Of a DNA stretch of 64,000 nt, positions 47,608-60,140 are shown piece after piece. Position 1 is the stretch's first letter. Each line of letters begins with the position of its first letter. The translations under genes were made by a program, and so were the position numbers. The notes beneath the pieces were generated by a model that was not told where the DNA came from, did no database searches, and was given only the letters and a program-made list of their open reading frames with translations. Location: assembly GCF_009914755.1 (NCBI RefSeq), contig NC_060935.1; one strand, written 5' to 3'. Source of the DNA: the human T2T-CHM13v2.0 reference genome, Homo sapiens.

Positions 47608-49339
47608 TGCCCTCTAGTGTCTGAAAGGGAAGTTCCTACTCATAATTTTTTAAAGTGTTCAATAAGAACCACATTACTACCATAGAAAAATTGAATACAT
47701 CACAAGAAAATGTTAAGCATATCTAAAGTCCTACTACCCAGAAGTAACCACGTTGATGTTTTGGCCTATCAGTCTGAGTCTCTACATGCACTCTACAGTT
47801 GGCCCAAGCCCCATCTACTCTCTATTGTCTTCCTTACTTGGAAGCTCAGTCTCTGAGGCTGTGTGATATTTCACTCAATTGCTTCCTGCACCTATTTTTG
47901 CCTATTGGATTCTATATTCATCTTACCTGGAATCTCTTGGTCTAAATGTTTGTTTAATTAGTAAATAGAACCATAGCCAGCTGTTTGGTACCCCAATCCC
48001 TCATTCCTCAGGCTGCATCTTTCTCTTTGAGGGTTGCTTCTTCTTTTTTCTCTCTTTGAAAGCTAAAATTCACAGTTCCTTTCATCTAGATTTCAATGGC
48101 ATGAAAATGTGGGCTGTGGAGAGGCCCACATACTGTGGTTTACTCTGAGAGACCTGAACCTTTAAGAGACAGCCCTGTCATTTTTTTTGATGACTTCTTG
48201 GGGATTTATATTATCCCTTGCACATGCCAACAGTGTTACATGGGTCTGGTAGGCATCTTCCCAAAATAAAGAAAACTAAGAGAGTAATTTTTTTTTAACT
48301 TTGATATTTACTTCATGTGATCTTTATTTAGGCCATTATACACTCCAGGTAATTCTGTTAAAAGAAATCTGACTCTGACACCCTGCTTGTTCCTTGACCA
48401 CTGATGAATCACAAGAGTGGGATTCAGCTTTGTACATGTTACTATTTTAGAACCGGGAAAATATTTCTTAAGCTTCCTTCCATCTGGGCATATTGTTGGG
48501 CAAGGCAACACAATCACCATAAAACAGTCCCCTGACCTCTGGCTTTGAAGTTGTGTATAGGACGCCAGAAAATACAGAGCTGTTTTTCCTCTGCATTTGT
48601 ATATTCAATTTGAATCATATTATTATAGTCTAAGTACATAATCTATTATTTTCTTTTGCATTCAAGTTGCTTCATCATTGCATGTTTTATTTTCCTCCTG
48701 TGACTAGCAGCTGCATAGTAGAAAGCACAGTTACAGACCATTGGTTTTTCTCAGGACTCTGTGAAAGACCGAAGTGAGAGAAACCTGAGGGGTCACTGGC
48801 AGGAGACTATTGTAATAGTCGAGGTTCGCAGAGTCATAAAGATAGGCCAGGCTTAGAGCAGTGGGAGTGAAAAGAAAGGCAAACATCTATTACGTAATTG
48901 AAGGGCAATCAATTAGAAAAATGTTTGAAAGCTGGAAGCCAAGAGGAATTCCTTCAAGCATTGAAAGAGCCTCAGCCAAAGTTTGTTCTCTAGAATCATA
49001 GTTTCTTAAAATACGAAACATTTTGGAAATACTGAATTTAGGAAACAGATTGTTGTACTGTAAGTCTTTTCTGAGATTTCAATATGTTCCTGTGTTTTGT
49101 GAGTCTGCAAGAGTGAGATAAATTATGCCACATTTCCCAAGTTTGTTTGACTATGGAATTCTTTTAGGGGGAACAACTCTTAGCATTACTGTTCTAATAC
49201 TAAATGGAGTGAAACGCATTTTGAGAAAAAGGAAGACAGTCAAGATGCTGAGGACTTGCTAATGAGGTGCTAGCCTGGACACTGAGAAGAGAATTTTCAG
49301 ACGATACTTAAGTGCCTCCAGAGAATGAGCTGTTGATAC

Positions 49340-49592
49340 TGTATTAGATGCCATGAGACAACACCCAGATGCTCCTTCAAGATCAAGGAACCCCCCAGCT
49401 TTGGGTAGTGTCGCCAGCTGACAGCTTGCCAGCCTTCTCCAGAAATTGCACTCAGTTGAAGGTAGCTGCCTTGCTCAAATGTATGCCCCCACCGCACTCA
49501 GAAGTAGCCTGTGTCTAGTCACTATGGGGGTACAAAGGCCTGGTGTCTTGCTTTTATTCATATCATCTCTGAAAGGCCATTCTAGTTCACAG
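49340..49592 (+). mobile_element. ERVL LTR 5' part (LTR16/LTR33-type)
   Basis: CCCAGATGCTCCTTCAAG...GGGGTACAAAGGCCTGG...CTCTGAAAGGCCATTCTAG. Confidence 0.65.
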
Positions 49593-50960
49593 CCAATTTT
49601 CAGTCAAGGAACCTACTGAATGAAAGAGAGACCAAGTCCCCATAAGGAAAAAACTTGCAACACTATGGCAAGTATGTGAAGGTAATCAGTCTCTCAGCCC
49701 TTCCTCAAAGTGACCTATAGCCATTTAGTCATATACTGAAAGGACAATATCCAGATGTTTCAAAGATTGTTGAACACTGAATCTATGTTGACACTGATAC
49801 CCATATGATCCACTGAAGCCTCTGTTGCAACTATAACACCATGGCTCCTTCATTAGATGGGGTCATAAGGGGATAAAGTATAAATGGAGTCATGCTCCAG
49901 GTCCTCGTTCATTGTGTGTTCACTGGCTCCATGGACCCACCCAGTGGTCATTTCCCCAGTCCCTGAATATAGAATTGAAATTAGTATCCTTGGTAATTGC
50001 TTGAACCTTCACATTTGTTCTTTTCTCTGTGAGGTAACAGCTATTGTGGTGGGGAAAGCCAAATAGGAGCCTTTGAAACTTCCTTTCTCCCCACCTAAGA
50101 TTGTAAAATCAAAACAATATCAGTTGATGAGGGGAATGGCAGAGATTAGTGCTACCCTTAAAGACCTACAGGATACAGAGCTCTCCATCATATCCTCATT
50201 CATTTAATTCACTAGTCTGGTCCCTATAAAAAACAAACAGATCCTGGAGAATGAAAGCAGATTACTACAAACTCAACCAAGTAGCACTGGTTGACATATA
50301 TTCTTGGAATGGGGTTACCCTTCCTGCCTGCTTGGCTTCAGCAAGCACCACTATCTGAGGGCATGGAGTGAACTGACCTGTTGACATGGGCTCCTAAATA
50401 ATGTTGCAATTGACCAAGGGACCCATTGTATAATAAAGGGATATATATCATGGGACCTATTGGTCCTATTTCATATTGCCGCACCCAGAAGATGTTGGCC
50501 TGATACAGCAACAGAATTGCTCTTTGAAGGCACAATTAGGCACTAGATTAGAGATGATGCTGTATGCGTATAGGGCTCCATCCTTAGGGCCCAGTATATA
50601 CCCTAAACCAGTGACTATTATACAGTGTTATATCTCCAATATGCAGACCGCATGGGTCCAAAAAACAAGGAAGGGCGACAAAAGTAGTCCACTTATCATC
50701 ACTCCTCGTGACCCACATGGATAATTTATTCTTCCATTTCCACAACTCTAGGCTCTACATGACTACAAGTTCTGATTCCCAGATGTAAAATGTTTCCACC
50801 ATGGAACGAACAAGAGTGCCAATGAAGTTCAAGCTATGGATGTCACCTACTCTCTTCAGGCTCCTTTGCTAAGGCCAGTAGGCAAGGTAAGGAGTTGCCA
50901 GCCTGGAGGTAATTCACCCTCACCAACAGGAGGCAGGAGGACTGCTCTTACACAGCAAAT
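49593..50960 (+). pseudogene. Internally deleted ERVL internal region (protease, RT start, integrase, dUTPase remnants)
   Basis: LLNTESMLTLIP (degenerate LLDTG protease); THPVVISPVPE; SWRM.ADY.KLNQV; DQGTH; PHPE..GLI; dUTPase-like tail; many stops. Confidence 0.75.
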
Positions 50961-51094
50961 GATCATCACAGCATGCCAGAGGACCTTTGTGCTTCAGTGG
51001 CTAAGGGAGTGATAAGATTTCAAAGATAAACTTTGACTTCTTTCTCTAAAAGGAATTACAGGCTCTTGGAGAAAAAACTGTAAGTCTTAAATTT

Positions 51095-51770
51095 CACTTT
51101 TTATTGATATATAATGGTTGCACATATTTATAGGGTATGTGTGATATTTTGATACATGTGAACAATGTGTAATGACCAAATCAGGGTAACTGGGTTATTC
51201 ATCACCTCAAATAATGATCATTTCTTTGTGTTTAGAATGTTCCAAAGATTCTCTTCTAGCTATTTTGAATTATACAATTAATTGTTTTTAACTATAGTCT
51301 CCCTACTGTGTGTGCCATTGAACACGGGTACTTCTTCCTCCTATCTAACTGTATTTTTGTATCCATTAACCAACATCTCTTAATTCCCTATTTTTCCTAC
51401 CCTTCCCAGACTCTAGTAACCACCACTCTACTCTCCACCTCCCCAACACCACTCCCACATATGAGTGAGAACATGGAATATTTGTCTTTCTGTGCTTCAC
51501 TTATTTAACTTAACATAATGTCTTCCAGTTTCATCCATGTTGCTGCAAATGATAGGATTTCATTCATTTTATGACTTAATAATATTTTATTGTGTATATA
51601 TAGCATTTTTTATCCATTCAGCCTAATCATCAGGGAAATGCAAATCAAAACCATAGTGAGATACAGTTAAAATAGCTATTACCAAAAAGACAGAAAATGC
51701 TGGCAAGGATGTGGAGAAAGGAGAATGCTCACACACTGTTTGTGGGAATGTAAATTAGTATGGCTGTTCT
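51095..51770 (-). mobile_element. L1MA 3' fragment with inverted 5' segment (51620-51770 on plus strand)
   Basis: Antisense 3'UTR switches at about 51620 to sense CTAATCATCAGGGAAATGCAAATCAAAACC. Confidence 0.8.
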
Positions 51771-51943
51771 ACTTTATATTTTTTAATTATTATGTTAGTT
51801 TACTACTTTTAAACCTGACTTGGCTAAAGATTATGTATTTTTGAGTATCTTAAATGTGCAGAACTCTGATCCTAACTAAAAAAATCCCATTAGCCAGCAA
51901 TTTCATCTTTGGTAAACACTCCTTTACAAACTCTAGTATATAT

Positions 51944-52384
51944 TGTGAAAGTTATCAGAATCAAAGTGTAGTCACTAATGTTAAGAAAACTCTGACACAT
52001 ATAGCCAGAGAAGGCCATGAAGAGAAGATTCTCATGATTGTATGCCTAACAATGAAAAAGACTCCACAAAAACTACAGCATTGCACAAAAGCCATTGCAA
52101 TCTTAGATCAAAAATACTTCTGCAAGGACATCTGCCTGGCAATGGCTTATTCAACCTTGGACTGATGTCAGTCTTGCTATTAATCTTTGTAGCTAAGAAT
52201 AATTATTTCAAAACAGTTATGTAATCTTCCTCATTTTTTCCCTTTAAAAACCTTTGTCTTCCTTTACCTCCCTGAATATACACATTGTTCACTATGACAT
52301 ACGTATTCCCATTGCAATACTATATTCCCAAACAAACATATTTTCTTTTAGAGAGCCTCTTCTTGTTTGTTATTTAGGCTGACA
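51944..52384 (+). mobile_element. ERV1 solo LTR (MER65-like)
   Basis: TGTGAAAGTTATCAGAATCAAA...TTTAGGCTGACA; 4-bp TSD ATAT. Confidence 0.8.
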
Positions 52385-52389
52385 ATATG

Positions 52390-52700
52390 AAAGAATATTC
52401 ATATAGCAGCATTGTTCACATATTGAAACTTTGAAGCAGTACAGGTGTCCATTAAGAGAAAAATAGATGAATATTCATATAATAGAACATTGTTATATTC
52501 AGCAACAGAATATAGCAGTTGGACTGAATGAAACTACAATGAAATGCAAAAAATATGGATGAATCTAGCATTATAATATTCACTGAAAAGTAAGCACCAA
52601 ACTATTATACACTTTATTCTTTCATCTTTATGATGGTAGAGATTAACTAAAATAAATAGTCTGTAAGAATACTTAGAGATGCAATAAAACATGAAATTCA
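52390..52700 (+). mobile_element. Ancient L1ME 3' fragment
   Basis: TAGCAGCATTGTTCACA..GTGTCCATTAA..ATATGGATGAATCT. Confidence 0.55.
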
Positions 52701-52708
52701 GGGTGATG

Positions 52709-54301
52709 CCATCATTCTTCACAGAACTAGAAGAAACAATCCTAAAATTCATCTGGAACCAAAACAGAGCCTGCATAGCCAAAGCAAGACTAAGCAAAAA
52801 GAACAAATCTGGAGACATCACATTACCAAACTTCAAACTATATCATAAGACTATAGTCACCAAAACAGCATGGTACTAGTATAAAAATAGGCACCTAGAC
52901 CAATGGAACACAATAGAGAACGCAGAAATAAAGCCAAATACTTACAGCCAACTGATCTTCAACAAAGCAAACAAAAATATAAAGTGGGAAAGGACACCCT
53001 GTTCAACAAATGGTGCTGGAATAATTGGTAAGCCACGTGGAGAAGAATGAAACTGGATCCTCATCTCTCACCTTATATGAAAATCAACTCAAGATGGATA
53101 AAGGACTTAAATCTAAGACCTGAAACCATAAAATTTCTAGAAGATAACATTGGAAAAACCCTTCTAGACATTGGCATAGGCAAAGATTTTTATGACCAAG
53201 AACTCGAAAGCAAATGCAACAAAAACAAAGATAAATAGATGGGACTTGATTAAACTAAAAAGCTTATGCATGGCAAAATAAAAAATTAGCAGAGTAAACA
53301 GACAACCCACAGAGTGGGAGAAAATCTTTGCTGTCTATACATCTGACAATGGACTAATAAACAGAATCTACACGGAACTCAAACAAATCAGCAAGAAAAA
53401 AAAACAAATAAACAATCCCATCAAAAAGTGAGCTAAGGACATGAACAGGCAATTCTCAAAAGAAGATATACAAATGGCCAACAAACATAGGAAAGAATGC
53501 TCAACATCACTAATGATCAGGGAAATGCAAATCAAAACCACAATGCAATATCACGTTACTCCTGCAAGAATGGCCATAATCAAAAAAATAAAAAAATTTT
53601 ACATGTTGGTATGGATGTGGTGAAAAGGGAACACTTTTACACTGCTGATGGGAATGTAAACTAATACAACCACTATGGAATATAGTGCGGAAATTCCTTA
53701 AAGAACTAAAATCTACCATTTGATCCAGCAATCCCATTACTAGGTATCTACCCAGAGGAAAAGAAGTCATTATACGAAAAAGATACTTGCACACACATGT
53801 TCATAGCAGCACAATTCGCAATTGCAAAAATGTGGAACCAGCCCAAATGCCCATCATTAATTGACGAGTGGATAAAGAAATTGTGGTATACATATACACA
53901 CCATGGAATACTACGCAGACATAAAAAGGAATGAAATAATGACATTCACGGCAACCTGAATGGAATTGGAGACCATTATTCTAAGTGAAGTTACTCAGTA
54001 ATGGAAAACCAAACATTGTATGTTCTCACTTAAGTGGGAGCTAAGCTATGAGGATGCAAAGACATAAAAATGATACAATGGACCTTGGGAACTCTGGGGA
54101 AAGGGTGGGAGAAGGTGAGGGATAAGAGACTACACATTGGGTACAGTGTATACTGCTTAGGTGATGGGTGCACCAAAATCTCAGAAATTACCACTAAAGA
54201 ACATATTCACCTGCTCCCCAAAAACCAATTGAAATAAAAAATAAAGCAATTTCCTTTGGAAAAAAAATAATAAATTTTGTTATCTCTTCTTTCCTAAAAA
54301 A
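52709..54301 (+). mobile_element. 5'-truncated L1PB1-like element with a short extra 3' segment
   Basis: ORF2 C-terminal remnants; GGTGATGGGTGCACCAAAATCTCAGAAAT; perfect 15-bp TSD AAATTCAGGGTGATG at 52694 and 54302. Confidence 0.92.
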
Positions 54302-54619
54302 AAATTCAGGGTGATGTTTCCTAGGGCAGTGGATATATGGGGAAGTTGTATTAGCTATAGGTTATTGTCAAGGACCTAACTTTTATTTTAGTGATGGGTG
54401 GTCCATGATGTTTATTATATTATTAATTAATTAATTTGGTGGCCATATGTCAATCAATGGTACAAGAATTTTATTAACCAAAGACTATACTTAATGTAAT
54501 TCCTGTCCTGAAAGGGCAAAAAAAATTAAACGCAGCAAAATAACCATATCTGATTTTAACGTTACTCAAGCTTTCAGTATTATCCAGTTACATATCCATG
54601 GTAAATACTCTAAATTAAC

Positions 54620-55068
54620 TCATTCGGCCCTATCCTGGCTCCCTTTTAGCAGGCAGAGGCCAGAAAGCTAAAAACTATACTTCTCAGACTCCTTGCAGCT
54701 AATGTTGCCCCAGGTGTAATCAAATGACACTTTGATTTAGAACTAAGCAGCATGGGAAGAGGGACAGGATGTCACACCATTTTGCTGGTGTGGACAGTAG
54801 CATTGGCAAAGAGACAGTGTGGCTCAGGAGCAGATGGTTGGCATATCAGCTTCCTGAATCTTCAGTCTCTTGACCATTGCAGAAGCAACCGCTCCTTTGA
54901 CTCAGTTCCACACACTGGTTTTAGAAGTTGTTTTTAGAAGGTCAGCCTAGAGGGCAATTCTTTGCCTTCCAATGGTACAATAAACCATACAATACCTTTT
55001 AATAAATTCATTTCTCTTGAACTTGCTGAATAGATGCTGTTCATTACAACTTAACTCCAGCTGATACA
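54620..55068 (+). mobile_element. Ancient ERVL-type LTR
   Basis: CTTCTCAGACTCCTTGCAGCTA...TTTAATAAATTC...GCTGATACA end; subfamily uncertain. Confidence 0.55.
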
Positions 55069-56332
55069 ATATCCATAATAGAATATTTCCTATTTCTCAA
55101 TTAGTTAGATAATCTTAAGAAACAACTGTCATTGATTAATTTTTATTTTTTGCTCAAAAGCTTTCTTCTGATCAAGAAAGGGCTGAAGCTTTGCTGTTCT
55201 TCTATTTAAACAGGAGTGATACACATGTAACTTGAAAGTATGACAGATAAAGGGTTTTATTTCTCAGAGTTCATCTTATTTGAGATAGAGAATATATGTT
55301 TTAGTAATACCAAATTGCTATACACCCATCATATTTCTTTATAGTGAAACAATATTGTGCTTATTGAGTATTAAAATTCTACAAATGTAGAAAGGCTTGT
55401 GACAATGTGATAATTAAATAAAGTTCAACTTACTATTAAAGTCACATCTACTCAAATGTTCCTAATACATAATCATTAATGAAGAAGGCTTATTACAATT
55501 CTGAAGTGACAGGAAATGTATGTGATGTGGATACTTACACAGATAGGTCACACATCCTGCAAAAAGGACTCAGCAGGGTATCTGTTCATCTTTAGAGAAT
55601 AGCTTAGTCTCTAGGCAGGAGTCCTGCCTGATTATGTAATGTGGCTCTTCACTGAGAGATGCCTAAATTGCATATAGTTTCTGCAAATGGCATTTCCCAG
55701 GGAAGAGGCTTCTGTTTCCCACATGTTGCATATGCAGCAAGATGACAATCAAGAGAATGAGAAATTATAATGATGTAATTATAGTAAGGCTACTACTTGC
55801 TGCTAAGTTTATTCTTCCTATTATTGTATTCTGCCCTGTGTGTAATAGACTCCTATTAAAGCTACATAGTAGAAGACGTTTCATCAGCTGCCCCACCACA
55901 TCTTGCAGAAGGGTCAGGGCCTGCAAGGGTATTAGGGAGAGGGAAAGATTTTGCTACAGCTAATTGGATGTATGTTGAACACCTGACTAGAGGATGCTGT
56001 AGCAAATGCTTACGAGAGAATTTAAACTCAAAGCCACAAAGATTGAACATCAGTGGTAGATCTGATGCTGAGTGAAGGCTGGGGACTATTGGGCCGTGTG
56101 CAAGAGATAAGCAAGTAAAAGAAGTTATGGAGAAAAAGAGCCAGAGTGAAACAAACAGAAAGAAAGAAGCATACACAGGAAAAGGCTGTCAGTCTCGATT
56201 TCCATTCTGCTAAAAGAATATAATCTATTATAAACAATACCTCAAAAACATGCATAAACACACAACAAACAACCTTCACAAAGCACCTGCTTAGGTACTG
56301 ACAAATCACCATGTTGAATCAATAATTATTCC

Positions 56333-56599
56333 CAGGGCCCCATTATGACTTTCATGGCACTTTGCCTTCATGGGTCCCTTCTTTCATTAAAAAATTTATT
56401 AATTATATTTTAAAACTGCAATGACATAAAGCAGGTATAGTCCAAGCTGGATTCATTATTATACATTCACTATTATTCATTTTTCTTCTGCTTTTAAAAG
56501 AAACTAAAATTAAGACATCTTCATGGGCCCGGAAAGTATTGTGAGCCATATGTACATAGGAACACTGTGTTATGTACCTAAACGGGTAAGTCAATTCTG
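56333..56599. mobile_element. ORSL-like hAT-Tip100 MITE
   Basis: CAGGGCC..TTATGACTTTCATGG..GCTGGATTCATTATTAT...TAAGTCAATTCTG; about 270 bp. Confidence 0.7.
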
Positions 56600-57539
56600 T
56601 GAATTTCTAATACCTCAGAGGATTAGGCATAAGGAACTTTTGTCAAGCAAATGGTGAGGGTTCACCTTTTAACCCTCACCATTTCTTTTACGAGCTTTTC
56701 AATTTTCTTAATGTGGGCTTTATATTCTTCATGTACATTGTTTTAAAAATGCTTGACTTCGTTGTCAGCTGGTATTTCCCATTCCAAGTACATCTGCAAT
56801 TTGCCTGTCAGTTTTAAGTGGTCATCATTCCCATCCTAAAAATTGATGCATTTTACTGTCCTGTCTCTCTTAGGGAAGTACATGACTTTGAACTGATTCA
56901 CCTTAGGGACATGATTAGCTTTCCAAAATGGGCTGCCTTCTCAGAGCATCAACAGAGGAGTATCAGAGAAAACATGGAGAGTACAAGAGAGGAGACTGCA
57001 AAGGACTCAGTGCAAAACTTACAGGGAAAATGGAATATATGTGACCAATTTATTCCAGAGCTGACAGATTTGGATGAAGTGGCTTGACCCCTTTTCCTGC
57101 TATCCTTTAGAAAGCCAACTTCCTTGTGAGTCCCATTCCAAGGCCTGGAGTCAAATAAGCAAAGGCCACTTAGCACTATTTACAGAATGGATAGATAGTA
57201 AATATCAATGTGACTATATCTTGGAATCCTGTATATTAATAAAATAATTATAATTTTTATTTGTTTGATAATACTTTTTAATGTTAATTTTAAGCTATAT
57301 TCAGTAGTTTAACTTTCCTTTCCTGCTCCTTGACAGACCTCCTTGCTCTGTCAGGCAGAGTTTCTTAATATTTTGAGAGTCACAGATCCCTTTCAGAATC
57401 TGAGATAACCATGAACTCTCTTCCTATAAAAAGGCACACACGGATCTCCTGAAGTTTGCCCATGGATTATCCATTTGAAAGCCTTAAAACAAAGAAGATA
57501 AATAATTTAATTAATGTGGTAATGTAATAAGTATATACA

Positions 57540-58075
57540 GTATGTAGAATTCTGCCCTATGAAAATGTAAATATTGCATTTTTCCTTTTTGTGTACTCAC
57601 AGAAATATTTAAAGAAATTGATCATATAGTAAGCCACAAAGAAAATCTTAATAAATTCCAAAAAGAAAAATAAACAGAAAACTTGCCATCGATATTTTCT
57701 GATTACCATAATATAGAGGTAGAAATTACTAACAGAAGTATAAACAAAAGAATCCAACTTCCTGAAAATGTCAAAACTTTCTCCTAAGTAATTTAGATCA
57801 AAGGGAAAATCAAACAGTAATTACAGACTACTTAGAAAATAGTGATAATAACAATATACATCAAACATTTGAGATATGGCCAAAGTCACACTCAAAGGCA
57901 AATGTGTATTTTTAAGTTATTTCATTGTTAAATAATAATGAATGGAAATAGATGAATAAAACACTCAACCTAAGAAATTACAAAAAAGAGCAAAATAAAC
58001 TTCAGGGAAACATAAGAATGGAATTAATAAATATTTTAAAATAAATTAAGAATTATGAAACAATTAGCAGAATTA
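57540..58075 (+). mobile_element. Ancient L1M ORF2 (endonuclease end) fragment
   Basis: ATTGATCATATAGTAAGCCACAAAGAAAATCTTAATAAATTCC; TTTTCTGATTACCATAAT; CATTTGAGATATGGCCAAAG. Confidence 0.7.
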
Positions 58076-58269
58076 ATATTTAATTTGCATAATTCGTGCA
58101 TATTCAGTGAACATTAGGGAATTGCTTTGACTGCTATCATCTTTACTATGTTTCTGAATATTTATCTTTTTCTTGTTTCTGTTAGTACTGAATGAAATTA
58201 TGGTTTACATTTTGAAGCCAATAAAAATATTACGTAGTATTTTTAAGCACTTTAGTGATTCACAAAGCA

Positions 58270-58428
58270 CTTTTTTTTAAAGAGATGGAGTCTTCTTGTG
58301 TCAAAGCGGCTGGAGTATAGTGGTGTGATCATAGTTCATTGCTGCCTCAAACTTCTGGGCTGAGAAGATCCTCTTGCCTCAGCCTCTCAAGTCACTGGGA
58401 CTACAGGTATACACCATCAGTCCTGACT
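58270..58428 (-). mobile_element. FRAM/FAM Alu monomer inserted in a MIR (about 58230-58560)
   Basis: Single right-type monomer; TSD ACAAAGCA. Confidence 0.8.
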
Positions 58429-59594
58429 TACAAAGCAATTTTATATGCATTTTCTCATTGAACATTTATAACAACTCTGGGGGTAAATGTCAGCATTATT
58501 AGTTATTCCCACTGTAAAGGTGAGAAAATCGAGATTGAGAAAAGCTAACAGACTTTCTGTATAGAGTATTTCTTTACGTTTCATTTGTGATTATCTAACC
58601 TTAGAAAATGAGGAAAGGTAAAAACAGGTGTGAGTCAATGTTTGGGAATTTCACTATGCCTAACATTATTTTATACATTACCCCTGGAAAGGAGAATAAA
58701 ATGCATGCTATCATATTTAGAATTCAGACAGTAAGTATGTTTGAGTTTAAAACCTGTTAAGAACCAGGTCACTCAAGTCAACCAGGGGAATGATATGCTT
58801 TATTGGCTTTGACTTCCTGAAAAGTTAAAAAAAAAACTGTGAGCCTGTAAAAATTAGACCTTTGCTTTTTTGGTTGGGCATAAGGAGAAATACACCAATG
58901 ATAACTGTGCCTCTACTTATGATATTGCAGTTGTGCAAGACGGGGACCAGTGAGAGGTTACCCTGAATCTGGTGGTTAATACCTGGCCAGGCATGGTGGG
59001 AGGAGAGCGCCGCAGAAGCTCAGCAGTTGTTCTTTTCACATCCATCTTGTTCTGAAGATATCCTGAGACACAGGCTGGCCTATTTCTGCAGCTCTTGTGG
59101 AATGGGAAAGTTGGGTTTCAACCTAGTTCTGGAGGAATTATTACATCCATTTCCATCCATCTCAAAAAAAAAGTGTACCCTAGAGACAGGAGTGGAAATA
59201 TACATCACTTGGCAATTAGTCCCCTCTCTGTTTATTCCTTTTGTTCATATCACCCAAATAAGAAAACATACTCTCTTTCCTTTTTTAAAGTGTCTTCTCT
59301 ACAGAGGGCTTACTGTAGTGACAGCATGGGGGTGGGCTAAATGAAAATTTAAAAGTATATCTGAAAATGATTTGCACGAGACCAGAAGATATTCTGTCCA
59401 CTTACCAGTGATCATACTGTTAACAAAAAGGTGTCCTGATTCTGAATCAGACGTTCCTTTCACTCTTCTCCTATCCCACTACTTGAATAACTTTAGCCCA
59501 GATTCAATGCTGATCTTACTGTACTCTGAGTCCCAGCTTCCTGCTATCCCTCTCAAATTTCTCATCACCGGTGCTACATAAAGGATATTAGAGA

Positions 59595-59713
59595 TGCTCT
59601 TGCCATTGCTTCACCCGTGAGACACACCCTTCTATAGAAGTAAAATTGCCTTGCTGAGAAAATTAATGTTCGAATGCTATTTCTTTCGTGGCACTGAAAA
59701 TTTATTTCTGACA
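59595..59713 (+). mobile_element. LTR10-family 5' LTR, apparently R-U5 only
   Basis: CCATTGCT..CACCCTTCTATAGAAGTAAAATTGCCTTGCTGAGA...GGCACTGAAAATTTATTTCTGACA; ends in CA just before the PBS. Confidence 0.8.
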
Positions 59714-59717
59714 AATT

Positions 59718-59735
59718 TGGGGGCCCATCCAGAAT
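59718..59735 (+). promoter_or_regulatory. Primer-binding site, tRNA-Pro-like
   Basis: TGGGGGCCCATCCAGAAT versus the tRNA-Pro complement TGGGGGCTCGTCCGGGAT (14/18). Confidence 0.75.
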
Positions 59736-59965
59736 TCCCATTCTCCTCTGGGGAGGGTCTAGACCTCTCCCGTGAGGAGGCGCACCCAGTTGCCTCATTG
59801 CAGTGGCCTCAGGGGTAAGGAATTGAGACCCACCCAGTGTGATGGATAAACCCGGACTCAGCAACGCAGGAAGAAACAGGCCAGCAGCTTGGGAAAGGAT
59901 TTTCATGTACCGTGGTGACCAGGTAACTCTGTGCACAGACCAATGTAACAAACGTAGCAAAAGCG

Positions 59966-60140
59966 GCAAAGTATTTCCTTGGTGGTTGGGACCAAGGTAA
60001 GAAAAGCCACAGAGGAGGTGAAGTATTTCTTGGTCAGGACCAAGGTAAGAAAAATCACAGGGGCAGTGAAGTATTCCTTGGTCAGGAAATACCGAGGCAA
60101 GAAAAGCCACGGTGGTGGTGAAGCATTCCTTGGTCGGGGT
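59966..60140 (+). repeat. About 50-bp tandem repeat (3.5 copies) in the ERV leader
   Basis: Units GTGAAGTATT(T/C)CTTGGTCAGGACCAAGGTAAGAAAAGCCAC. Confidence 0.85.

Noticed and set aside
56818-57087. 89-aa ORF with a protein-like charged C-terminus
   Set aside because: Non-ATG start, no recognisable domain, length within chance expectation
58983-59062. Minus-strand exon-like 80 nt (AG...CAG|GTATT; reads YLQNKMDVKRTTAELLRRSPPTMPGQ)
   Set aside because: Weak polypyrimidine tract, no recognisable protein and no partner exons found
59966-60140. Regularly spaced repeats superficially like a CRISPR array
   Set aside because: Tandem units without unique spacers, inside an ERV leader in human DNA, with no cas genes
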